Assembly (NCBI GenBank): GCA_040143965.1
Contig: JASJQH010006956.1
Location: 1 to 32,679 of the forward strand
Source: Basidiobolus ranarum
Lineage: Eukaryota
Direction: 5' to 3'
Length of the DNA: 32,679 nt
Shown here in pieces: positions 1 to 11,900 of this stretch (the stretch's first letter is position 1; every line of letters starts with the position of its first letter). The translations under genes and the position numbers were made by a program. Below the pieces are notes generated by a model. That model made no database searches. It saw only the letters and a list, made by a program, of their open reading frames with translations, and was not told the origin of the DNA.

Positions 1-1674
1 GATCACCTGGAGGGGCTCCACCACCGCCTCCACCGCCACCCCCTAATCAGAACGGAAAAGCTCCGACAACTTCCATCAATGGTCTCTCACCCATCAACAC
101 GAATCCGCCACCACCTCCCCCGCCCACAACTGCCACCATCGGAACAAATCAATTTCCAGGGTCACCCACTTCACCCACTTCCAAGCCAATTCCTACGATA
201 CCTATGAGACAAATTTTCTGGAAAAAATTGAGTCCATATCAAACGAAAAATACGATCTGGCACAAAGTAACTTTCGAAGAAGTATTATTGGATACAGTAG
301 AATTAGAAGAGTTATTCTCCAAACCATTAAGTAATAACAAATCTACCACCTCCAATCTGGTCAAATCCCCGAAATTAAACAAAAAACCATTGGCTACTAC
401 ATTATTGGATATCACTAGAGCTAATAATATAGCTATCATGTTGTCAAGGATTAAGGCGACTTATACGGATATTTACAATGCAATTCTGGGAATGGATGAG
501 GTCTTGTTGTCCATCGAAAATCTTAAGGCGATTAAACAACATATACCGCAAAAGGAGGAGTTGGAAATGGTCCGTGCTTATGACGGAGATCCAAAAAATT
601 TGGGAAATGCGGAGAAATACTTTTTGGAGGTGATGCGGCTACCAAGAATGTCCGAGCGTCTTACGTGTATGATTTTCAAGAGAAGATTCGAGTTGGATGT
701 GGAGGAGTTAAAACCTGAGTTGAAGATCTTGTTTGAGGCCATTGCGGAGTTAAAGAAATCCGATCGTCTGTTGATCCTTTTGCATACAGTACTGAATATT
801 GGGAACTTTATGAACGGCAGCTCTTTCCGTGGAAATGCTAGTGGTTACATGTTGGATGCTTTACTGATGTTGAAGGATGTGCGAGCAAAAGATGGAAATA
901 AGAAAGGGATTCCTTCTTTGTTACACTATTTATGTTATCTGCTGCAGGAGAAAAACCCTCAGTTACTGACATTTATGGAGCAGTTGCCACATGTGGAAGC
1001 TGCAGCCAGAGTTTCCGTCCCCTCGGTAGTCAGTACCATTGAGGTTCTTGAGACGGGATTGCAACAAGTGCAGAAGGAAGTGGAGGTACTAACTAAAAGT
1101 AAGATTTCTGACAGCAATGATAAGTTTGTGCCCGTCATGACGGTAAGTGCATCAGATCTTGATAAAATCGGGATGTTTTGAAGATGATTAACATTTGATT
1201 CAAGGAATTTATTCGCTCCGCCGAAGCCACCGTCAAAACCATCTCCGAAATGCGACTTAAACTAGAGAAGGATCTCAACCATATGCTGACCTATTTTGGC
1301 GAGGATCCAAGCACTACTAAACCGGAGGATTTTTTCTCTACCATCGTATCTTTTTCTTCCGCCCTTCAAAAGGCCCATAAAGAGAATGACGAACAGAGGC
1401 AGAAGTCGATGCGTCGTCGGCAAACTCTTCTCAAGAAGGTAGGTTCAGTTATTACGCCATTCTCAATGATATATATTGATCCCGTGTTGTTTAGCCTACT
1501 ACAAATAAGCCACTTATGGGACCCAAAGTCATGGTCCAAGGTGAATTCGATGATGCAATTCGTGAGCTTCGATTTGGAATCAGAAGAAAGAGAAGTGACC
1601 GCCCCAAATCAACAGTTCTTAATGATCTCAATCTACTTGACAGCTTGATCAAAAAGCCATTACATGCTTCTTGA
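1..1674 (+). CDS. Formin (FH1-FH2-DAD), 5'-truncated by the window edge; exons <1-1142, 1205-1438, 1495-1674
   Basis: Frame open from base 3 with polyproline FH1 tracts (PPPPPPPPP, PPPPPPP). FH2 motifs follow (MRQIFWKKL, ANNIAIMLSR, LNIGNFMN, YFGED). Introns 1143-1204 and 1439-1494 (GT..AG) restore frame. The last exon encodes a DAD-like GEFDDAIRELRFGIRRKR and stops at TGA 1672-1674. Confidence 0.95.
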
Positions 1675-2025
1675 GCCAGTTTGATTGTTCTACATACCAC
1701 CTTACCCTCGTTGGGTGTAGTTAGCCACCCTATCAACATTGCTTTCTATTTCACAAAATGTAAATTCTTTTTACCACGTCATAATAGTACTAGACTGATT
1801 TTGTCATGCAATTAGTAAATACATGTGATGATTTTTATATTTATATTATATTATATAAACAGTATATTCTTGATTTTGTAGCGACGAACACGTGCTAGTC
1901 GTTAGAAAACTGGTTTAGCTGGAAACCAGTGAGGTGTGTTCATACAACTGGGGTTTGTGACTACCAGAGAGTATGCCAAGCGTGAATAAGGAAATCGATA
2001 AGCCCATAAGTTTGAAAATTTCCAC

Positions 2026-2032
2026 TATAAAA
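2026..2032 (+). promoter_or_regulatory. Probable TATA box of the heme-thiolate peroxidase gene
   Basis: TATAAAA about 60 bp upstream of ATG 2091, followed by a pyrimidine-rich leader. Confidence 0.5.
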
Positions 2033-2090
2033 TATACTCCCTTCCCCACATCTTTTCAACACTTACTCCCCCCCCAAAAAAAAACGAACC

Positions 2091-2759
2091 ATGTCTCACG
2101 AAAATGAATATCAGAAGCCTGATAGCTCGGCTTCTAGAAGTCCGTGTCCAGCATTAAACGCTCTAGCTAATCATGGTTACTTTCCACGAGATGGTAAGAA
2201 ACTGGACAAAGCGACTATAGAAAGTGGCTTAATTACTGTATACAACCTTGATCCATCATTTGCTGAGTTCCTCACTAACACAGCACTGGAACGCTTGGGG
2301 GTTGAAGATGAAAATGGGAAACTGGTGTTGGAGAGCCTTGAGAAACTAGCAACACATAATGTCATCGAACACGACATTTCTTTGTCTCGACTTGACCATA
2401 GCATTGGCGATAATAATAATGCTAACCCAGAGCTTGTTGAGCAAATCGTTCAGGCTTCAGAAGATGGAGTAAATATAACTTTCGATGATTATGCCAAATT
2501 ACGAAGAGAACGTTACGAACAATGCAAAAATAATCCAGGGTTGACATGGGGATTACAACAAAAGCAAACAGCGTATGGCGAATCCTCATTATTGTTAAAC
2601 GTTTTTGGTAACGGACATACAACCAAGAAAGCTGAAATTGTAACGATCTTCCAACATGAGAAAATCCCTGAAACCTTTGTTAAGCCTAGCTCACCCGTGA
2701 CATTTAATCAGGTACGTTGGACAGCCTTTAAGTTGTTGGTCAAAAATTGGTTTAAATAA
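2091..2759 (+). CDS. Heme-thiolate peroxidase (chloroperoxidase/short unspecific peroxygenase family), 222 aa, intronless
   Basis: RSPCPALNALANHG proximal-Cys (PCP) motif, IEHDISLSR (EHD-S-S) motif and a distal Glu in AYGES; single uninterrupted ORF. Confidence 0.93.
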   Translation: MSHENEYQKPDSSASRSPCPALNALANHGYFPRDGKKLDKATIESGLITVYNLDPSFAEFLTNTALERLGVEDENGKLVLESLEKLATHNVIEHDISLSRLDHSIGDNNNANPELVEQIVQASEDGVNITFDDYAKLRRERYEQCKNNPGLTWGLQQKQTAYGESSLLLNVFGNGHTTKKAEIVTIFQHEKIPETFVKPSSPVTFNQVRWTAFKLLVKNWFK

Positions 2760-3294
2760 GGGCTAAATCGTATAAATCGGTTTAAATCCATGTTTAATAA
2801 TACTTGTAATTTGTGTAATCCACCCAACTATTTGTTACTACAAACAATATGAATTTAGACTTCAGTGTCAGTGCGTAATCATTTCTGCCAATAAAATCCA
2901 TATTTTTCCTTATCCAAGTAAATGCCGAAGCTAACCAATTGATTCTCACCTGACGATAATGCTTGGCGATAGGGAAATAGTTAGGTTATCTTGATTATCT
3001 TGTCCAGTGAGGTTGATTTAAGGGGTCTATTGTTGAGTGAATTGGCATATACTCAGTGATTTAATTGACTTTTTCTTTGTTCTCGTACCATTAATTCATT
3101 TAGTTAAAAAAAAAGGTTGTGGTTAGGTAGAACTAATAAAAGACTTGGACTTGGGAATACTTGTGACCGGTGAAATTTACTTTTTACTAAATCGAGACCC
3201 GTACTCTTTACCTTTCTTTGAAGTGCGGTTTGTTGGTGATTTGCTTGATGCTATCTTATAAAAGTTAGGCAACTCTCAGTTTACTTTTTTTACC

Positions 3295-5482
3295 ATGACT
3301 CCGTTTTACTTTTTTCTTTTTCTACTCTTATTTTGGAGTATCCTCCCGTTGACAATTAAAGCACTCCGTAAACTGAAAGAGGTATTTTATTTAATAAATG
3401 GTCACATATGGTACCTTTTTATCCGCTTCAAATATCGGGTATTAAATGTACCTTTTCTCTCTCTCTATTCTGTAGACTAGAAAAAGTGAGGGCTTATTCA
3501 TAGAGGAGACTGCTTCAGAGCATGAGAATGAAGTTACCTCTTGTAGTTCACGCCACTCAATTCATACCTCTCTATTCCAAATCCGCTACACAACCACTTC
3601 TTTAAATGGATTTTTTCGGAAGGTAGCTACTTACTCGCCAAATTTCTGGAATCACTGGTTTACTGTTGGTGTATGCTTTGGCTTAGCAGCTATGTTATTT
3701 GGTCTTGGACTGATAGCACTGGCAGGTTGGAGAATAAGCGTAGTTTTATGTCAAAACTGGTTTGCGAATAAAACCGAAATAGGGGACGGTCTTCCCAATG
3801 ACTCTTCTGACGGAGAACCCTCTGGACAAGTGTTGATCCCTATGGTTTGTCTTAATTCTTAAATGACCTTCTCGACTTAGTTTTCATACTTTTGAATGTC
3901 AATAGATTCCTGGCGTAACCTTACCTCTCTCTCATTTGGTTTACTATCTTCTAGCTCTATTCATTTCTGGTATAGTCCATGAAGTGGGTCATGCAGTTGC
4001 AGCTATATGGTATGGTTTCATATGTGGTTTAAAATACATCTCGCAGGAGCGCTAATTATCTTTATTAATAGTGAACGCGTACCTGTTCATTCATTTGGAA
4101 CTTTCCTCATCTTCTTATATCCTGGAGCATTTGTTGACATTTCTTCACGTAATCTAACCCTTTTGTCACCCTTTCGTAAGCTACGGGTGATCTGTGCGGG
4201 AGTGTGGCATAACGCGGTACTTTTTTTAATTATTTGGTGTCTATTGTCCAGTGGAGCCATGAATTTGGGATTTAGTTTGGTCGGTTGGACTATACTCCAT
4301 CCAAATGATGGATTGGCCGTTGTTAATGTTGCTCAAGTAAGGATTGTGAAGAGTGAACTGCAAATACTGAATCTCACTAATGATGGTTATGTTTAGGATT
4401 CCCCGCTTAGTACCTTCCTTTCACAATCTTCTTTAATCACCCGATTGGATGATACACCATTGGATCATGGATTTGACTCTTGGAGCCGGTTTTTGTTGGA
4501 AGCACCATCTCAAGATAGGTTGGAGCATTCTAAAGGGTTTTGTGTGTTGCAGCCTGAAATGGAAGGTGAGGATGGATCTATTATGGTGGTTGAAGAATTG
4601 AATATATTAACCTTTTGAATGTAGTGGAGCCTCTGGAGTGTTGCGAGATTTCTAGTCAGCACCCATTTGGTCAAAGTCATAACGAGTCAATCAGTTGCTT
4701 CACATCACTCGTAGATACTGAACAAGAGGTTGGTTCAACGTTGTGATAGAAAGTGTGATTCCAATTACTGATTGATAGTTGTTCATTTAGATTGGGCCAA
4801 AGTTCGCATGTCTTCCTTCCATGCAAACCATCACGCAAGGTAAACGTTGTCAAGTGAACACAGATTGTGATGTTTATCATCAAGATGGATTCACCAGTGG
4901 AAACTGCATGGAGCCATATAATTCACAATCTAACGCGAAACTGCTGAGAATCTATTTCCGTGAGCCAGAGTGGAATCTCGAATCTGTATCCGATGTAAAC
5001 GACAAAGTGGTTGTATTTATGGGTGATTACGCTGAAGTCTGGAACACTGGTAAACGTAACTCTCATCCCAGCTTTAACCCATGACATATACTGAATTTGA
5101 AATTGTATAGTTCAAGTGAGCGTTCTTAGACCTCGTTGGTGGTTTATTCCTACCTCTCTACCTTTCATGGTGGAGTCCACTTTAAGGTTAGTGATTTTAA
5201 TGTACTGCTTGTTACTTTCGTCATACTCAATGATCCACCTTTAGATACATACTCTCTTTCACCCTTGCTCTGTCTATTTTAAATATTCTTCCGGCCTATC
5301 ATCTGGATGGACATCACGCATTAAGCGCTATTCTTAGTATGATCTTCTCTTGTGAACAAGGGAGCAACGGGCAAATTCAATTAAAGAAAGCCACGGAAAA
5401 AACCATTCTAATGGTCACTAGCGTCCTAATGGGTTGGGTTGTCATAGGTAGTCTTATTGTGGTTATTCTTGGTCTCCACTAA
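3295..5482 (+). CDS. Site-2 protease (MBTPS2/S2P-like, peptidase M50); 9 exons: 3295-3381, 3476-3844, 3906-4009, 4072-4336, 4397-4565, 4625-4728, 4791-5049, 5111-5186, 5245-5482
   Basis: The spliced product has IPGVTLP, zinc motif HEVGH, YPGAFV, AGVWHN, a Cys-rich PDZ-like insert and NILPAYHLDG (NxxPxxxLDG). All eight introns are GT..AG and keep frame. Stop TAA 5480-5482. Confidence 0.92.
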
Positions 5483-5992
5483 GTACAAAGAGACATTCCC
5501 TCTCCCCTTATGTGTATAGTCATGGTAAAATAATGTATTTTCAAACTGTACCTTCATTATCGGCATCTGTTCAATCAATATTGGTGTGACTTGTCTTGCG
5601 CTGTCGTCGCGTCGATGTAATCCATTGAGCTAACCCTTTAGGATTGTCCTATCGAACTAATCATTCCAGAATAAAGAGCTATCTAAAGAGTATAGAAGAA
5701 AGGCGAGATATGAGTGAAGATCAGATTGGGTGGCGAAGTAAGCAATTGATATCCAGTTGATCCATCACCGAGAACTTAAATATATAGAACGTTCCGATGA
5801 TTAAAAGTTAATTTAATATTTCGATGATAATGAACCTCAATATTACTTGTATTCATGCTCCAACTATATACACGTTCTCTTACCTCTACCCTTTCAATCT
5901 TACTAATTAAATTAGTGTAAAGTTTGTTGATCCGATATTCTTTAAGCATCTTCTCTATGCCGAGATATCTCAAAGCATACTTTTGAGGGGAA

Positions 5993-8900
5993 ATGTTTGA
6001 AACACTTGTGGCAAATATGCTGAATAAATTCCTGGGGGATTATGTGTCCAATTTAGAGACCACCCAGTTGAATATCGCCATATGGAAAGGTATTTCCTCC
6101 ACTTTGTATGGAGTTTTGGAGTTGAACTCACTTTTAAGAAACACTACTCATATTAGGTGACGTGAAGTTACGAGGACTAAAACTTAGAAAAGAAGCCCTT
6201 GATAAATTAAACTTACCCATCGTTGTTTTAGAAGGTAGTTGAAGAACCGCACACTTATTTACTTCCGTACAGTCTTTAGAATAAATGAATAATATTTTGA
6301 CTTACAAGGGTGCTTGGGGGAGCTTACTTTAACGATTCCTTGGCAAAGTTTGAAAACCCAACCTGTACGAGTATTCGTGGACAATGTGTATGTCCTTGTT
6401 ACCCCTAAAAGAGACGATATGGTTAGTTCTTTTCGAACCTCTTGCTTAGAATGCCCAATCATTAATGTTTCTCTTATTCGGGCATCTTTAGTATAACCCT
6501 AAGGAGGAAGAAGAACGCTTACAAAAATGGAAACAAGAAAAGTTGGAGACACTTGACTTACTGAATGCAAAATCTAATTCTGTGCCTGATGACAGTAAGC
6601 TTTCTTGATCAATATTTGATAATATCATTGTACTCAACGTTCTCTTGCTAATAACAATGTTAGCTATGGAAGAGGCTAAATCAAACACCTTTACCATGCA
6701 GTTGATCACCAAAATTATAGATAATCTACAGGTGTCAATTAATAATATACATGTTCGATATGAAGATCAAGTTAGCAATCCTGAGGTAGGTCGTAAGTTA
6801 TCTCCATTGTTCTTCATTCGTTATTGATTCCTTCGTTAGCGTCCCTTTTCTGTCGGTGTAACGCTTTCTGAGCTATCAGGGATCTCAACCGATGACCATT
6901 GGAATGAAAAATTCATCAGTCAACATACAGATACCATACATAAAGTTTGTCCAATTACCCATGTGTCTTGAAAACTCTCTTACTGACACTTCATAGCTTC
7001 TAAAATTGAAATCACTGGGTATCTATTGGAATACCGAATTCCAGTCTTTGGCCGGAAAAAGTTCCGAAAATTTTGCAAATCTTGTAAGTTGACAAAAGGC
7101 GACATTCCTTGGAAAACTTCACTAAGCATGGATAATTGTAGATTGCTTCCGAGAAGAATAATCATTTGAACCATCAATTCATTTTGAAACCAGTCTCTGG
7201 CACCGGAAGGGTAAGCATACAAAGTAGAATCCCTCCCTTCAATGAATATTCTAGACTAACTCTCTCTTGATGTGATTAGCTTATGTTAAATAAATCCTTT
7301 AGCGTAGATAGAGCCAAGAATGTCGCGCTCTTCTTGTTCGATGAATTTGGAGTGGTCATTGATGATGAACAGTATCGTGATCTATTTCTTCTCCTCGACC
7401 TGTTTGAATGCTCAGCCAAGCAACAAAAGGTTGGTTTATTCCTTGACCATCGTTTACCTTGGAATATCTCACTAATAGATGCTCCAGTATCGTAAATTTC
7501 GACCACCTCAATATCTTACTCCGATGAACAATCCTAGAGTGTGGCTCAAATTTGCGGGTAATCCTAGCATCTCTAGGCCTCAACATAGTGGCATCACTGA
7601 CAAAACTTCTCTAGGAAACTCTGTTCTTTCTGAAATTCAAGAAAAAAACCGTAGATGGACTTGGAAATATATAAAGGAGAGAAGAGATGATAGGAAAACA
7701 TACATCCCCCTGTATATCCGCTCAAAACTGGAGACTCTTGATATTCAAGTAAGTGGATAATTTCATATGAAATTGGAACCTTTAGAAATTCATCACCAAA
7801 TCTCAGGGACAGCAACAGCTTTCAATGCTCGAGAGAAAATTATCTTTTGAAGATATCCGGTTCTATCGTACAATCGCACATAAGCAATTAGCCAAGAAGA
7901 AGGATTTATTGAGTATGCTTCAAGCATTCACACTCCTCATACGCCATCTACTGACCTATTTGTTTAGATCAAAAGCGACAAAGGGAGAGCAATGGTTGGT
8001 TTAGCTGGTTAGGCTGGATCAATTCAGTGAGTAAAAGAAGTTTCTCTCAGCAACAATTGAGAAACTGATACATATATATATTAGGATGATGAGGAAGAGG
8101 ATCCCGAAGTACTGTTGGAAAAGCATAAACAAGTACTCTACGATGCTATCGATTTTAATGAGGATCTACCTGCATTTGAAATCCCTAAAGAGGTTCGTTC
8201 CTAACCCTATGATTTTCTGTTCTAAGTGAAGTTGTAAATCAACCCCAAGTTGCTTTTTAGTGTGCAATAGTTTCGGTTACTACTCAGCTCAAGTCAGGAT
8301 CACTGACATTAAGACAATCGTCACACAACTCGAACAAAGATATAGCCTCACTTGTATTCGACACGGTTACGTTAGAGTTTTTGAACCGACCTGATTCTTT
8401 TAGAGTGGCGTTGTCCTTGAAAGGGTTGGAACTCTATGATGGTGTCACTGAGGGAACTCTCTACCCATTACTTCTACGAGTTCAAGAGAATGATGGGGAA
8501 CTGGATGAACCATTGACTATTATGGATGACAAGTAAGCCGCGCACAGTCACCCAAATTCTATCACTATGGATTAATGTCAAATATCAGTGCTCATACTTT
8601 AGGTATTCAAGATCATGAGAGCCAATTTTTCAAATTGGTTTTTGAACACAATCCTCTAGACAAACAAGCAGATAATGGCTTGATGGTAAAGATGCGAAAC
8701 CTTGAAGTATATTACAACAAATTCGCGATAAATGCTATATCATCGTTTCTGAGAACTACTGAGTCTGCGCTAGAATCTATAACTCCTTTAATAGTCAGTA
8801 TGTTGAAATACACAGCATCATCGATCCCAGTTTAATAGTAGTTTTGATAGGAGGCTGCCGGAAGTACGTTCGACGAATTGAGTTTACAAACTAGGGCTAG

Positions 8901-11900
8901 CTTGCAATATGTATTGGAGACCCACAAGACTCTAGACCTGAATGTTGATATGCGAGCTCCCATATTCATATTCCCCGAAAGGTTTCTTCTCATTACACTA
9001 GAACGACTTGTACTTCATCTTTACTTACAGTTTTTAAATAATAAGTTGTACCGATCCAAAAGCTCATGTAGTTGTCCTTGACTCTGGACATGCTACCGTT
9101 AAAAGTGAGCTAATTAGTAACGAGCAAAGGCAAGAAGAATCGAAGACTCCTGAGAGCCTCATGTACGACAAATTCACCATTGAAATGACATCAGTACAGG
9201 TATGTACACTATTCTCGAAAGTATTCTATATATCACTTCAATGAGTACCTTTTTCTCCTCTTTAGATTCTAGTCGGGAGATCGGTGAGAGAATGCTTGGA
9301 GAAAATCAAAGAAACCGAGCAGACGGACGATGATCTTCATGTTGTTGATAGAATCAGTATGAGGTTTTCTGTTGAGATGTCCATTCTTGCCAACTCAGAT
9401 ATCACTCAATTAAAAATCGCTGGGAGTCTTCCGCTGCTGAAAATAAACTTTTCTGATAGAAAATACCGAACTATCATGCGGCTGGTGGATCTTGTTATCA
9501 ATGATGAGCACCCCACCACTACCAAACCAGCAATCAGCAATGGAAGCAAGAAAAAAGAGTCTGATTGGAATGACAATAAACATGGCGAATCTTCCGAGGC
9601 GTTGGTAATATTTTTTCGTATTGAAGTTTAAAATCTTTATGTATTAGGAACTCACGCTTCTTATCCAACAGGATGCCGTCGCTAGGAACCCCGAGCACAA
9701 AGAACTTGAATTTACCTTTAAAATCGAGAAATTCGTCGCATCTTTGAGAAAAACCGGAAAAGGCAACGAAAAAGAAGAGATCTTGGCTGAAGTGTATCTT
9801 GATCAGTTGCTGGTATGCCTCGTTACAAGACCTTATGATATGGAGGTCAGCGTAAAGTTAAAGTCTTTATTGGTGAACGATAAAATGAATCCGGGTAAAG
9901 GATTTGAGCAAATGATCACCTCCAAGGTTGACAATCCAAGTGGACCAAATCAAAGTCTTTTAAGCCTTGTTTATCACAGTGTTAAGCCAGAATCTCCTGA
10001 ATTTGTTTCAAAATATGAATCAACGGATCAATCGCTCGACATAGTCTTTTCTTCGGTTTGTATTGTGATTACTAGTAGAAGCGTTCTCACATTGTATGAC
10101 TTTATCTTGGCCACCTTTGTCGATGATCAGTATCCTGACCAAAAGGATTTGATGGATGCCAATTCGTCTCAGAGCTCGTCGACTCTTGCAGGTGCCTCCA
10201 CCTCTACAGGTATACTCAAAATTAAGGCTGAAGTGACTATGATCAGCTTTATTCTCAATAACGAAGGGACTCGCCTCTCGACAATCTCATTGTCTAAAGG
10301 AAAAATATCCATGGTCTTTCAGGAAAGCGCACTTATTGTTGGGGCTCAACTTGGAGGAATACATATCACTGACGATATGGTAAGAGGTAGCTTAGAGCAC
10401 TTCAATCAACTGGTAACTATTAAGGGAGATGAACTGGCAGATTTTCGCTATGAGACTTTCAACTGGGAGAGCGATCAAAAAGATTATCCAGGCTATGACT
10501 CTTCGGTCTACTTTCGACTCGGTTCTATTCAAATCGCATTTTTGGAAAATGCCATCCGAGAAATTCTGTCATTTGGTGAGAAATTTGCGGAAATGCACCA
10601 GTTATTCGAGTCAGCTAGGCAAGCGGCAGTGGAATCGGCCACTCAATTGCAACAGCATGCGTCTAAAATGCGCTTTGATGTTGCTATCAAATCTCCCATC
10701 ATTATCTTCCCGCGCGGTGGAGCATACGTTAAAGATGCATTGATCGCTAATCTTGGAGAGATCTCCTTTACAAACAATTTCACTCAAGGAGAGATGGGAT
10801 GCTTTTGGAGCAAGTCGGATCTTGCCATCAATAAGATTCACCTGTCCTCTTCATTCTACATGGAAGAAACTTTCCCTCAGATTCTTCAAATCATCGATAA
10901 TGTAGATATTAATTTCACGATGGTTCATAGTGAACACGTCCATGAAACCAGAAGACCAGATACCGAGGTAAGAGGCACTTTAGAATTGTCAAACTTCGTA
11001 CATTAATGACTCGTATTTAAATCACTATTTCAGATAGTTGGAGCCATCTCAGACATAAAGATGTGTTTAACGGAGCAACAATACGCATTCCTGATTGAAA
11101 TCTTCAACTCCATCATGGCTATGAGTGGGGGCTCTTCTGGTGATGCTATGGAAGTTACTGGCCAAGCCATTACCATTTCACCGGCAGACACTCAAGTTAT
11201 CGAGTATACCTCGGCTCCAAAAGGAGGACGTGAGACTTGGATTTACTTGGATTGTATTCTTTCATTGAACATGATATACCTCGAGATCTTCGCTGGATGT
11301 GGAAAGACAAAGAAAGAAATGCCCAATTCAAGTCTATGTCGTCTTACCTTAAAAGAGGCTTTGCTTAAATATCAAACTCTGACTGATAACTCCACTAGCG
11401 CAGAGCTTCAAATTCATACGTTAGAGGTGGTAGATACTCGTCCACATATTGATAGCAAATTCAAAGAAATCATTCCTGCTGTACGTTTTGATGAGCCACA
11501 ATTCATGGCATTTATTCGCACGAGCGCTTCACAAGATGTCCACTTGTCCATCACAGTTGACTCTCCTAAAATCCTGTTGGTTTTGGATCCATTGTTTGCC
11601 ATTCGAGACTTTTTCTTCGGTGCTTTCCAGCCAAATGCCGCTATGGTAGATAGAGTACAGGAGTTGACTTGCGAAAGTGCACCATTACCCTACACAGAAG
11701 AAAGTGGACGACTGACCTACACTGTCAACATTATTGATGTGGAAATTCAGGTTTTGGAGGATGTGGGCAAGTCCAATTCGGAAGCAATGGTGCTTTGTGC
11801 ATCTCAGATTTTCATTCAACAAACAGAATACTTGGATTTAAATTGCAATCAGATTGGCCTGTTTCTATGTCGAATGGATAAGCGGTCCAATGCACTTCGC

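Noticed and set aside
6259-9631. Numerous short separate ORFs, or a frameshifted VPS13 pseudogene
   Set aside because: They are VPS13 exons running into introns (or antisense shadows); GT..AG splicing restores one frame wherever I checked.
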